Assembly (NCBI GenBank): GCA_964518955.1 | Contig: CAZFHS010000005.1 | Coordinates: 67,175-131,174 of the forward strand | DNA length: 64,000 nt | Source of the DNA: an uncultured Gemmatimonadaceae bacterium | GTDB lineage: Bacteria > Gemmatimonadota > Gemmatimonadetes > Gemmatimonadales > GWC2-71-9 | Direction: 5' to 3' | Part shown: piece after piece, positions 9,995 to 19,764 of the stretch | Layout: every line of letters begins with the position of its first letter | Numbering within the stretch: the stretch's first letter is position 1 | Notes under the pieces: model-generated | What the model was told of the DNA's origin: nothing | The model's database searches: none | Seen by the model: the letters and a program-made list of their open reading frames with translations, nothing else | Program-made: the position numbers and the translations under genes

Positions 9995-10252
9995 TCATTC
10001 TTCCTCTTCCAACTCCAGGATTCCCTTTTCCACCGCAATATCTCTAGCCTGCTGCATCAGATCCAAGAGTTTGGGCAATAAGTCAACTCGGATAGTCACG
10101 CCACTCTTAGAAGGCCGTGGTTCGTCGTTCTCATTCCGAAACCACTGTCGCACTCCAACCAGGTCGTAACCCTTGAAGTTTGACAGGGTAACCCTGACTT
10201 CTTCTCTGTTGTTCTTCGGAAAACTTCCGACAATGATGTCGTCGTCCGCCAT
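9995..10252 (-). CDS. PC4/p15-type (YdbC-like) ssDNA-binding protein
   Basis: 85 aa. EEVRVTLSNFKGYDLVGVRQWFRNENDEPRPSKSGVTIRVDLLPKL matches the bacterial PC4-like pattern. Confidence 0.6.
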   Translation of the reverse strand: MADDDIIVGSFPKNNREEVRVTLSNFKGYDLVGVRQWFRNENDEPRPSKSGVTIRVDLLPKLLDLMQQARDIAVEKGILELEEEE

Positions 10253-10636
10253 GCTTCCTCCAAAAGTTGAGCAGACAAGATGATGGTGGGCACTGTTTCG
10301 CGCCAGTGCGATTTTTGTGGCAGGAGCAACGTGACTGATGCGCTGGCATCAAAAGGAAAAAAAGTAGTACGCGCGCTGACCGTCGCGCTCGAGCTGTCGC
10401 AAGCGTGCCGCACTTGAAAGCAGACACGACAATGCGTCCGCTAAAACATTGATTCACAACGCCTTCTAGAACCACGTGATGGGCACATGTCTTGCTTAAG
10501 AGGGGAACTCGTCTACATGCAGTATCACATGAGGGGGTGCGGAGGCTGTAGGTAGAATCGGCAGATAGGCCTCCGTCCCTACCTCGCCAACCGCGAATGG
10601 TTTGCGAGAGCCATCGGCAGTGTACGTGCGCGGAGG

Positions 10637-11632
10637 CTACTGCTCTACTTCTCCTTCTATGCGCATGATGCCATCGAGCGAATCTCGAACGGCACCGAAC
10701 CGTCGCTCAGTTTCCTCGTGTTGCTTGACGGCGTTACTCAGGTGCTTACCCACGAGTTCGTATGAGCGCTCGAACTTGCTGAATCGTTGTTTGACACCAC
10801 CGAGCCCATCGATAATCTCGCGGGCGTTGCGCTCAACCTCGAGACCGCGTAGACCGTGCAGAATGGCAGCTAGATAAGCATAAAATGTGTTGGGCGATAC
10901 CGGGATGACCTTCCTATTCAAGGCATACCCCACTGCACTGGTATCCTCCTCTGGAGCGTCGTCGCGAATCATCGCCTCGTAGTAGACGTTTTCGGCAGGA
11001 ATGTACATTAGGGCGAAATCGTATGTACCCTCCTCGGGGCGAATGTACTTGTCGGCTATTTCGTCAATGCGTGCCTTGAGTGTGCGACGAAATGCTCTTC
11101 GTTCACGCTTGGCATCATCGCCCTCGAGCTGGAGCATTCGTTGGCACGCTTCCAACGGGAATTTCGAATCCACAGGGACCAGCCGGCCGCCAAAGCGGAT
11201 AACCGCGTCCACCCGTTCACCCGACTTGAAGCCATACTGCAATTCGTAGTGACCGGTTGGAAAAACCTGCCTCAACAACTCCTCGAGCCAGAGTTCACCG
11301 AGCGTACCGCGCAGCTTCGGGACCTTCAGAAGATCTTGCACTTGCGCAATGCTCTGTCCGACCTCTTCCAACCGCGCTGTGCTCTCGGAAAGCCTGACCA
11401 ACTCGGCGCGCACGTCGGACAACGATTTGACTTGCTCGGCTGTGCCTTCTGCGAGCGCTCTGGGCACTTGCTCCTGGGCACTGACAACCGTGTCGAGACG
11501 TTGCCGAAGCTCAACCAGCTGCTGCTGGAACGTTCCCAGGTCGAGTTTGCTCTCGCTTCGAAGCAGGAGTACTAGCAATAACAGAAGGAGACAAACAGCG
11601 ACGGCCGACAAAACGATTGCGGCCGTGGTCAA
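10637..11632 (-). CDS. rmuC: DNA recombination protein RmuC
   Basis: N-terminal TM plus coiled coil. Nuclease-like core VDAVIRFGGRLVPVDSKFPLE...FALMYIPAENVYYE. Confidence 0.85.
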   Translation of the reverse strand: MTTAAIVLSAVAVCLLLLLLVLLLRSESKLDLGTFQQQLVELRQRLDTVVSAQEQVPRALAEGTAEQVKSLSDVRAELVRLSESTARLEEVGQSIAQVQDLLKVPKLRGTLGELWLEELLRQVFPTGHYELQYGFKSGERVDAVIRFGGRLVPVDSKFPLEACQRMLQLEGDDAKRERRAFRRTLKARIDEIADKYIRPEEGTYDFALMYIPAENVYYEAMIRDDAPEEDTSAVGYALNRKVIPVSPNTFYAYLAAILHGLRGLEVERNAREIIDGLGGVKQRFSKFERSYELVGKHLSNAVKQHEETERRFGAVRDSLDGIMRIEGEVEQ

Positions 11633-11647
11633 GAAACGCCCTCAGCT

Positions 11648-12160
11648 CTATGCATGGCCCGTACTCCCGAACCCTCCCTGTCTGTCGGTGGTCAGGCCAA
11701 CGACCCCTTTCACCCAAGGAAGCACCTCAAAACGATTGAGAATCACCTGTGCAATTCGCTCACCGTGCTCGATGATCATGGGCTGGGCAGAATCGTTCTT
11801 CACCATGATCAACCACTCGTCAGGGTAATCGGCGTCAATCGTACCGGGCGCATTCGGCAGTATGAGGCCTCGCTTGAAGGCCATCGAGGATCGAATTCGC
11901 ACCTGGGCCTCATAGCCAACCGGCACTCTCGCTTTGAACCCGGTTGGCACCAGGGCGATGTCACCTGGATCGAGCGAGAGGTGTCCCGACTCAACAGCCT
12001 TTTCGCACAGCTCACCGGAGCTTCCGAGTCTCGTTTTGACACTCCTGCCTTCGAGGAACGCGCGAACGTCATACCCGGCTGAACCTTCGGTTTCACGACT
12101 CGGCAGTACCACATCGGCACAAAGTGCTTCAAAAATGATGTTGTCTCTATTCTGGATCAT
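11648..12160 (-). CDS. dut: dUTP diphosphatase
   Basis: GSAGYDVRA, GTIDADY and the C-terminal RQGGFGSTG motifs. Start placed at MIQNRD (12160); it overlaps the upstream RHH gene by a few nt. Confidence 0.85.
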   Translation of the reverse strand: MIQNRDNIIFEALCADVVLPSRETEGSAGYDVRAFLEGRSVKTRLGSSGELCEKAVESGHLSLDPGDIALVPTGFKARVPVGYEAQVRIRSSMAFKRGLILPNAPGTIDADYPDEWLIMVKNDSAQPMIIEHGERIAQVILNRFEVLPWVKGVVGLTTDRQGGFGSTGHA

Positions 12161-12338
12161 CCCGTGCTCCGGCATCGTTCTCTTCATTCTCCTTGAGCCG
12201 CCCGGTTTTCCGCAAGGCACCTCGCAGCACAAATTCAATCTGGCCGTTCAAGCTGCGCAGATCGTCATTCGCCCACCGCTGAACAGCGTCTAGGACCTTT
12301 CGATCGATACGCAGCGAGAACGCTTTTCTGTCTGCCAC
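12147..12338 (-). CDS. Arc/MetJ-type ribbon-helix-helix DNA-binding protein
   Basis: 63 aa. KAFSLRIDRKVLDAVQRWANDDLRSLNGQIEFVLRGAL fits the RHH strand-helix-helix pattern, including the RSLN..I signature. Confidence 0.6.
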   Translation of the reverse strand: MADRKAFSLRIDRKVLDAVQRWANDDLRSLNGQIEFVLRGALRKTGRLKENEENDAGARDDPE

Positions 12339-12344
12339 CGGTTC

Positions 12345-13214
12345 TTACTGGTAAAGGCTGCCGGTGTTGACTACCGGTTGCGTGCCGCGATCCGAGCAGA
12401 GGACCACGAGAAGGTTGCTCACCATCGAGGCTTTCCGCTCTTCATCCAACTCGACAATGTTCTTCTTCGATAGAAATTCGAGCGCCATGTCGACCATGCC
12501 AACCGCACCTTCCACGATCTTGGTACGCGCCGCAATGACTGCCGTCGCTTGCTGCCGCTGAAGCATGGCGTGAGCAATCTCAGGTGAATATGCCAGGTGA
12601 CTGATGCGCGCCTCGATGACCTCCACTCCTGCCTTGTCGAGCCGAGCCTGCACCTCACCCTTTAGCTGCTCAGATATCTGACTCGTGTGGCTGCTCAGGG
12701 CAACGTCGTTCTGCCCGTGCGCGTCGTACGGATAGTCAGTTGCGAGATTGCGCAACGCCGCTTCACTCTGCACGTGAACGAAGTTGACGTAGTCGTCGAC
12801 CTCAAACATGGCCTCGGCCGTGTCGACAACTTTCCAGACGACCACAGTGCCTATCTCGATCGGGTTTCCGTTGGAGTCGTTCACCTTGAGCTTCCCTGTC
12901 TCGAAGTTCCTGACCCTGAGCGAGATTTTTGGCTTCAGATAAAATGGATTGGCCCACCTCAAGCCGGAATCCGTGACCGTACCCGCGTACTTCCCGAACA
13001 GTTGTAGCACACGCGCTTCGTTGGGATTCACAATGAACAACCCGGCCCAGAGCACGAAGATGAGACTCCACAATATGGCCGCTATGATGATGCTGGGAAC
13101 GTTCTCAGATGCTATGGCACTGATTCCCCAACCCGTGAGTGCCAAGTGTGCAATTGCGAGGATTAGAACCATTGGCAGGCCAGCAGCAGCCTTGTGTTGC
13201 TTTTCGCGTATCAT
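12345..13214 (-). CDS. SPFH/Band-7 family membrane protein
   Basis: Two N-terminal TM helices, then the SPFH core ([29 protein letters not shown]...). Confidence 0.85.
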   Translation of the reverse strand: MIREKQHKAAAGLPMVLILAIAHLALTGWGISAIASENVPSIIIAAILWSLIFVLWAGLFIVNPNEARVLQLFGKYAGTVTDSGLRWANPFYLKPKISLRVRNFETGKLKVNDSNGNPIEIGTVVVWKVVDTAEAMFEVDDYVNFVHVQSEAALRNLATDYPYDAHGQNDVALSSHTSQISEQLKGEVQARLDKAGVEVIEARISHLAYSPEIAHAMLQRQQATAVIAARTKIVEGAVGMVDMALEFLSKKNIVELDEERKASMVSNLLVVLCSDRGTQPVVNTGSLYQ

Positions 13215-13258
13215 CTGACTCCTCCTGAATTATGATACTAATATGATATCACCGTGAA

Positions 13259-13270
13259 TGCGTATACGCA
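13259..13270. promoter_or_regulatory. 12-bp perfect palindrome TGCGTATACGCA in an AT-rich divergent promoter
   Basis: Lies between the SPFH operon start (13214, minus) and the metalloprotease start (13358, plus). A TGATA..TATCA inverted repeat is nearby. No binding protein is known. Confidence 0.25.
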
Positions 13271-13357
13271 ATACCTAGTTTTTCCCGAGTTCAGAATCCA
13301 CCGAGTCAGCTCAACTCAGGCCTAGACAATCATCAACTATTCTCATATCCCTCAAGC

Positions 13358-15853
13358 ATGCCCATTGCAGAAATCGTCCGGGAGGGATGTATGCGTAGGT
13401 CAGTAGTTCTCTTGTTGGCATCGGTTTTCGTCCTACCAAACCACGCAATCGGCCAGGAGTCGATAAGTCGATACACGAGAGATTTCGAGAAGAGAGACGG
13501 ATACTTCCCCTTGTATTGGGACGCCGATGAGGAACGCCTGCTCCTGGAAGTACGAAATCTGAATGAGCAGTTTCTCTATCTCACCTCGCTAGCTACAGGT
13601 CTCGGGAGCAGTCGACTAGGTCTCGACCGCGGGATGATTGCCGACGAAGCGCTCGCCAGGTTCGAGCGTCACGGGAGTCGGGCACTGCTTGTGCTTTCCA
13701 ACCCACGCTTCCGAGCAAGCGACAGTCAGAACCCAGCCCTCGTGCGGTCGGTCAACGAATCGTTTCCGACGTCTACCATCGCAGCATTCGAGATAATTGC
13801 GGAGGACGAGCCGGACGAGGAAGATGGCAGCGGGATACTAGTGGATGTCACAACACACTTCCTGACAGACCACGTAGGTGTGACACGGCGGCTAAAACGA
13901 TCCGAACAGGGGAATTACACTCTGGACCGGAACCGGTCGTCTGTATATCACGAGCGAACCAAAGGCTTTCCGACCAACACGGAAATAGAAGTGTCGCTCA
14001 CCTTCACGACGTCGAATCCCGGGCCGATTGCCAGTTCGCACGCTCCCGACGCCAGAGCCATAACTCTCAGGCAGCACTCTTCACTGGTTCAGCTTCCTGA
14101 CGACGACTATCGCCCTAGGAGGGGTGATGCGCGACTGGGGCACTTTGGAGTTTCGTTCTACGACTTCTCCCAGCCGTTCGACGGCGTCTACCAAGCCCGA
14201 CACATAACTCGCCATAGACTTCGGAAGAGAAATCCGGCTGCGCCAACTTCTGAGCCGATCGAGCCGATCGTGTACTACCTCGACCGCGGTATTCCGGAAC
14301 CATACCTCACGGCGTTCCGAGAAGGCGTCATGTGGTGGAACCGCGTATTTGAGGCTGCGGGTTTCACAAACGCCTTTCGCGTTCTCGATATGCCCGAAGA
14401 CATGGATCCGATGGATGCGCGGTTCAACGTGATTCAGTGGGTGCATCGGACTGAGCCCGGATCTTCCATCGGCCCCACGCTCGTGGATCCCAGAACAGGT
14501 GAGATCATAAAAGCTGCTGTGAGGATGGATTCGTACCGCTCGCTGGTTGATTTCAACATCTATGCCGGAACGCACACGATAGAGAGCCCTCCTCGAGGAG
14601 ATATATCCGGCTGGATCGCTTCCCTCGACGACAGCGTGAGCGCTGAAGAATTCGTGATGGCGAGACGCCGACAACACGCCGCTCATGAGGTGGGCCACAC
14701 GCTCGGACTCGCACACAATTTCGTGGCCGCGAGCAATGGTCGGGCCTCAGTGATGGACTACCCCGCTCCGCTCATCAAGCTGGTGAACGGAGAGATCGAC
14801 TTGTCCGACGCCTATCGCAATGGACCCGGCGCGTATGATTCGGTTGCGATTCGGTTTGCGTACACTGAGTTCGCGAATGACGAAGAAGAGGCTGGGCTGC
14901 AAGCGATCGTCCATGAAGCGATGGCGAACGGGATCAAGTTCAACGCCGATGGCGACAACGCCAGCTGGAGTTCATACCCCGAAGCGACCACATGGATCAA
15001 CGGAACCGAGGCCGTTTCGGAGCTATCTCGCGTGATGGTCGTGCGACAGGCGCTGATCAACCGCTTTGATGAGACGGCGATCAGACTTGGCGAACCGATG
15101 GTGTGGTTGAACGAGCGCTTTGTACCGGTTTACCTACACCACCGTTTTTCGCTCGAAGCAGCCATCAAGACGATTGGCGGAATGGAGTTTCGATATGCGG
15201 TCCGTGGGGACCCATTGCCGCCGACTCGGATAATCGCGCCATCACGGCAACGAAGAGCGTTGGAACAGGTGCTCGATGCGCTTGAGCCGGAAGCGCTGGC
15301 GATTCCGGAGCGTATCCTCGACCTGATGGCCCCTCGTGCCTACGGCTTCAGCAAGACCAATCGTTTCTTCGGCTCAAGCGCGGAGCCGGCATTCGACCAA
15401 ATCGGAGCTGCGCGAACTCTCTCCACGATGATCGTAGAGAATCTCCTTGCTCCGCAAAGAATCGCGCGGTTGGTGGCCTTCAACGCGCGCAACAGCGATT
15501 CACCCTCGCCTGTAGACGTGGTCCAACGAATCATTGAACGAACTTGGGGTGCACTCCCAGGAGGCCGGGATGCGGTTCTGCGTCGCGTGGTGCAGCGAGT
15601 GGTCGTTGATGAGTTTATCGATCTCGCTGCGAATGTGAATGCGACTGTAGAAGTTCGAGGGGCGGCTGAATGGGGTCTTCACCGAATTTCAGATGTGATC
15701 GGGAACAGGACGGCCATGCTGCCGGCACAGGAGGCTCACCAGACGCTCGTGCGAGAAGATATTCGCCGGTTCATGAGTCGGGCATACGATTCGGCCAGTC
15801 GCAGCGAGGCGCTTCCGGCTCCACCCGGTACCCCTATTGGCAACGGTCGGTGA
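13358..15853 (+). CDS. secreted zinc metalloprotease (DUF5117/DUF4953 type)
   Basis: Signal peptide, HEVGHTLGLAHNF zinc motif, 831 aa. Confidence 0.8.
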   Translation: MPIAEIVREGCMRRSVVLLLASVFVLPNHAIGQESISRYTRDFEKRDGYFPLYWDADEERLLLEVRNLNEQFLYLTSLATGLGSSRLGLDRGMIADEALARFERHGSRALLVLSNPRFRASDSQNPALVRSVNESFPTSTIAAFEIIAEDEPDEEDGSGILVDVTTHFLTDHVGVTRRLKRSEQGNYTLDRNRSSVYHERTKGFPTNTEIEVSLTFTTSNPGPIASSHAPDARAITLRQHSSLVQLPDDDYRPRRGDARLGHFGVSFYDFSQPFDGVYQARHITRHRLRKRNPAAPTSEPIEPIVYYLDRGIPEPYLTAFREGVMWWNRVFEAAGFTNAFRVLDMPEDMDPMDARFNVIQWVHRTEPGSSIGPTLVDPRTGEIIKAAVRMDSYRSLVDFNIYAGTHTIESPPRGDISGWIASLDDSVSAEEFVMARRRQHAAHEVGHTLGLAHNFVAASNGRASVMDYPAPLIKLVNGEIDLSDAYRNGPGAYDSVAIRFAYTEFANDEEEAGLQAIVHEAMANGIKFNADGDNASWSSYPEATTWINGTEAVSELSRVMVVRQALINRFDETAIRLGEPMVWLNERFVPVYLHHRFSLEAAIKTIGGMEFRYAVRGDPLPPTRIIAPSRQRRALEQVLDALEPEALAIPERILDLMAPRAYGFSKTNRFFGSSAEPAFDQIGAARTLSTMIVENLLAPQRIARLVAFNARNSDSPSPVDVVQRIIERTWGALPGGRDAVLRRVVQRVVVDEFIDLAANVNATVEVRGAAEWGLHRISDVIGNRTAMLPAQEAHQTLVREDIRRFMSRAYDSASRSEALPAPPGTPIGNGR

Positions 15854-15910
15854 AAAAATGGCGGCCCCGGTCACCTAGGACCGCAGCCGCTGAATTCTTC
15901 TGCAGTTTGA

Positions 15911-15930
15911 CAGCTAGCTAGAGCTAGCTG
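15911..15930. terminator. 8-bp stem hairpin between convergent genes
   Basis: CAGCTAGC TAGA GCTAGCTG. Overlaps the stop codon of the minus-strand gene. No U-tract. Confidence 0.3.
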
Positions 15931-18620
15931 CCCAGCCAGTACGCCACTTTCATCGCCAACACGTTCGTGCCGGCTGTCGTGAAGACATCCCCAAAAGCAT
16001 CGCCGAAATTCAACGCGCCGTCTTGTGTGTAATCCTGTCGGCTTTGCTGCCAGACCAAGAACAGAGTCGATCCCGGGTTGAACTCCCACCTCAGAACGGC
16101 ATTTGTCCTCAAAGACACGACCCGAAAGTCGGGTTCGCTCATGTAGAGATCGACTGCTCCATCTCGATTCACATCAACTTCCACGGTCGCGCCGTCTCCG
16201 GGGCGCACGAGTTGGTCATTCTCTAACGGATCGAACCTGTCGGAGTAAGAATCCGCTCGCGGATCCGCCACGAGCCGGAAAGAGTCGTATTCTCCTGCCG
16301 AAAGGAAGGGTTGGGCGTACAACTCGAACGACATACGCGACGTTAGAGCAACGTCGAATCGAATCGTAGTGGAAAGCTCACGCCGGTCGATACGGCCAAA
16401 CATATAGTGGAGCGAGTCACCGACCATGAAGCCACGTAGATATTGACGGTCCGATGTCGACCAGTTCAGGCGGCCGCGAATGCTAGCCGAGAAACTCCCG
16501 GGCGGTCGAATATTCAGAGATCCGTCGACAGATGTTGTAGTCGCGTCAGAGACATCTTCCAATCGATGGCTCACACCCCAGCTGAGCCAATACGGCCGTT
16601 GCCAATCAGTGCGCCCCCGCACAGAGCCTCGCCAGTTGCCGGGCTGGAGCAATGCAGCGCCGCCTCGAAGCAGCGTTGTGGAAAGGGCTGGTAGCGACCG
16701 CTCACCTGTGATACTCAAGTTCCAATAATTGAGGAAATCCGCACTCACGGAACTCTGGATGTTCGTCTTCGTGCGTTCCCAGTCATGCGAGAACTCCCCA
16801 TCCTCTTGCACTTGCCAGTTGAACTGACGGAACACCCGTCCTGGCCTGAGTTGACGCACTCTCATCTGAAGGCGTTGCGAGTGGTAGCCCGTCTGCCGCA
16901 TATACCCGAAATCGTTGATTTCAAAGCCTGGGCTTCGCGTCGCGCCACGCGCTTCCCAGGTGAACACTCCGACCACCTTCGCGATGCGCGCGTAAGCACT
17001 GTATCCACTCAAAGACGTGCGTGAGGAGTCAACAGAGACGTTGGTCTGGTCGGGACGCTGAAAGTAGTGTCTCGAGTTGCGTTGCGTCCGGACAATCGCA
17101 TCCTCGGAACCCTCCACTCGGGATCCCATGAGGGCGGTGCCAAACTCGTACCGGTCACTCCCGAGCCTCAGATTGAGATCGGCGCCGCCGGAATAGGCCC
17201 GGCTGTGGAGAACATCGAACGCGGTCTCATCCATCCGGCGCGCGGTGGCGGTCCCGATTGCACCATAGGCGAGACGTCCTCGCATTGCGTTGCGCTCCAC
17301 ACGAACCGCCGTATAGCTCGTCAGCGGCTCAACCGGCGAATGTCCGTCCACCCCAATCGAGTCGACTATCCTGGCCTGTTCCTTTGCAGTCACCGCCTGC
17401 ATCAATCCCAACGCCCACCCTCCGCCGAGTTGACCGGTGAGCTTTGAAGCACCCAAAATCGTTGTCTGGCCGAGGTCGGCCGCATATCCGCCATCCGTCT
17501 CGGGAGAAACCTGTGGTGATCGACCGATCCTCCGTGTGTACACCAGGCCTTCCGACCCACCACGACCAAAGCCTCTGTGGCGGCGCGCAGCGGGAGCCAA
17601 TCCGAACTGGAAGAGGTTGGTTCCCTCCACGAAAAACGGTCGTTTCTCAGAGAAGAACGTCTCAAAAGCGGTGAGATTCACCTCAGCCGCATCCGCCTCG
17701 ACCTGGCCAAAATCGGGGTTGGCCGTAAGGTCGAGGGTCAATCCACTCGTCACTCCAACCTTGAGGTCACCACCAGCCCGGACAGTGGAACTTCTTCCCG
17801 TAGCGAACGGATTGCCCTCCTCGGCAGGTTCGAACGTTGCGCTGCTAGCCGTGTACGGAAGCAGCTCGATACGACGTGGGTTTGGGAGATCTCGGATACC
17901 GATGAGGTCGGCGTAGTTGGAGACCTCGCCAGCCTGATCGCGCGGGAAGAAGGGCCAATTCACCTCCTCATTGCGCCGGACGATGTTCCGCTTGAGCCGG
18001 ACTCCGAAAACCACTGAATCACGTGGCGGGAATCGCAGTTGCGAGAATGGAATACGCAATTCGACAGTCCAGCCGAGTGAATCTGTTTGGGTCGCCCAAT
18101 CGTAAACGGGATCCCAAGACTGGTCGTGTCCCCGGCCGTCATTGTAAATAAACACGTCTCTTCGCGTACCAGAGGGATTGATGCTTATTTCGAAGGCGGT
18201 CCGGCGATCATAATACGAGTCGATGACAACCGAAAACCCATCCGCAGCCGCCATCTGGTCACGACGCATGAGGCGGCCGTATACGCGGTCGGGCTCACGG
18301 TCATATCCACGAAAACCGACGTAGAGTGCTCTGTCGGTGTAGACGAATCGGACCTCGGTGGATTCACTCGGGACCGCGCCCTCATCCGGGTTCTTCTGTA
18401 AAAATTCGGTGAGCGGCGGCGCAGCAATCCATGCCTCGTCGTCGAGCCATCCATCGACATTGGGGGCTTCGGACAAAGCTCTGACGGCACGAACTGCACC
18501 GGGGATCTCCCCAGTGAGAGCACCTCCGGCAGATCGTTCATTGGTGGGTGCGTCCGTTTCCTGCGCAACGAGGAGTACGGGCAGCACGCTGATAGCGCAA
18601 ACAAAACCGAATATCTTCAC
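15924..18620 (-). CDS. DUF5916 / CBM9-like exported protein, paralogue 1
   Basis: Signal peptide. N-terminal VDGWLDDEAW...TEFLQKNPDEG...EVRFVYTDRALYVG module, then a long beta-rich body ending KVAYWLGS. Confidence 0.75.
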   Translation of the reverse strand: MKIFGFVCAISVLPVLLVAQETDAPTNERSAGGALTGEIPGAVRAVRALSEAPNVDGWLDDEAWIAAPPLTEFLQKNPDEGAVPSESTEVRFVYTDRALYVGFRGYDREPDRVYGRLMRRDQMAAADGFSVVIDSYYDRRTAFEISINPSGTRRDVFIYNDGRGHDQSWDPVYDWATQTDSLGWTVELRIPFSQLRFPPRDSVVFGVRLKRNIVRRNEEVNWPFFPRDQAGEVSNYADLIGIRDLPNPRRIELLPYTASSATFEPAEEGNPFATGRSSTVRAGGDLKVGVTSGLTLDLTANPDFGQVEADAAEVNLTAFETFFSEKRPFFVEGTNLFQFGLAPAARRHRGFGRGGSEGLVYTRRIGRSPQVSPETDGGYAADLGQTTILGASKLTGQLGGGWALGLMQAVTAKEQARIVDSIGVDGHSPVEPLTSYTAVRVERNAMRGRLAYGAIGTATARRMDETAFDVLHSRAYSGGADLNLRLGSDRYEFGTALMGSRVEGSEDAIVRTQRNSRHYFQRPDQTNVSVDSSRTSLSGYSAYARIAKVVGVFTWEARGATRSPGFEINDFGYMRQTGYHSQRLQMRVRQLRPGRVFRQFNWQVQEDGEFSHDWERTKTNIQSSVSADFLNYWNLSITGERSLPALSTTLLRGGAALLQPGNWRGSVRGRTDWQRPYWLSWGVSHRLEDVSDATTTSVDGSLNIRPPGSFSASIRGRLNWSTSDRQYLRGFMVGDSLHYMFGRIDRRELSTTIRFDVALTSRMSFELYAQPFLSAGEYDSFRLVADPRADSYSDRFDPLENDQLVRPGDGATVEVDVNRDGAVDLYMSEPDFRVVSLRTNAVLRWEFNPGSTLFLVWQQSRQDYTQDGALNFGDAFGDVFTTAGTNVLAMKVAYWLGS

Positions 18621-18871
18621 GGAACTACCTACAGTCTTATGTATTTGTTCTACTTTTACTTACGCACGAGGCGCAGCAACCATTAAAGTTACCAGGTTTT
18701 GGCCTCATGCGCCTGTGCAGATACCCCGTGCCAGCAAAGGGAGTCGGCTCGAGCCATGCTCTGCCGAATGTGGCAGAGCGGTCCGGAACTTCAGGATCGC
18801 CAATGCGTACGTATACCACAAACGTTAACCTCGGGCGGGAGGGGTCGCTGCAAAGTCTTACGTCACCAGAG

Positions 18872-19595
18872 ATGCTGCATCGTCTGCTGAGAGCCGGAAT
18901 TTCCAGCACCCTTTTTCTGGTTGCCTCGATGACCAGTGGATCCACCGTGTTTGCCCAACAGAATGCGGCACCCGTGGAGGGGCGCAGAGCACCGCCAACC
19001 GTCGCGGCGGTCCTGGCGGTCAACGAAGCACCTGAGATCGATGGCAACCTCCAAGACGAGATCTGGAATTCAGCGGTTCCGGTCACGGAATTCACGCAGA
19101 CTCGACCATTTGACGGTAGCGAACCCACCGAAAGAACCGAGGTCAGAATCGCATATAATGGGGAAGCGATCTACATCGGCGTTAGGATGTATGATTCCGA
19201 GCCTGCAGGTGTTGTAGGCCGCCTGAGCCGTCGCGACACGTTTTCGCCCTGCGACGCGTTCTGGGTAGACATCGATTCCTATCACAACCATCGCAACTCA
19301 TTCCAGCTCGGTGTCAATCCCGCGGGCCCCAAGTGGGGTGGCACGTGCTGACGGGTCAAGGAGCAATGAGCCCGTGGAGCCGCTCACCAATTATGGCGTG
19401 CTGAGCCTGCGAAAAGACATGCGAGATGGCGCGTCCGTGGTCGGGGTCATGGGAACTGCAACAAACCGCGACATCGACGATCCGGTATTCGACAGCGATC
19501 CTACCTTCAACGCCTGGGATGAGTTCGGTAGTCTCTTTGGTGACGACCAGAGAAATACGTTTGTGGTAAAGTTGAATTATTGGGTGAGCATTTGA
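18872..19595 (+). pseudogene. collapsed DUF5916 paralogue (frameshift plus two large internal deletions)
   Basis: ORF 18872-19351 matches the first ~160 aa of the paralogues (IDGNLQDEIW..TEFTQTRPFDG..EVRIAYNGEAIYIG..DIDSYHNHRNSF). A second frame (19311-19595) keeps only a mid fragment (VEPLTNYGVLSLRKDMRDG..GTATNR) fused to the family C-terminus (NTFVVKLNYWVSI). Confidence 0.65.
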
Positions 19596-19652
19596 AGGGG
19601 AGGGAGAAGAGGGAGGGGGGCATATCCGACCCCTCCCTCCCCTCCCTCTCCT
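19594..19652. repeat. homopurine mirror repeat (G4 motif) paired with a homopyrimidine arm
   Basis: 27-nt all-purine run GAAGGGGAGGGAGAAGAGGGAGGGGGG. It contains the perfect mirror repeat GGGGAGGGAGAAGAGGGAGGGG. After a 9-nt spacer comes a 23-nt all-pyrimidine run. About 19 of 22 positions can pair as a hairpin, by hand. Confidence 0.8.
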
Positions 19653-19764
19653 GCCCCCTCTGCGCCTCCACTCCCACTACCTCCACCATTCCGGCGCGCG
19701 TAAACTACTATTCAGCGCGGGCCACTCCGCGATAACAAGCGCGTTTTTTCCACTGCTGGCATTC

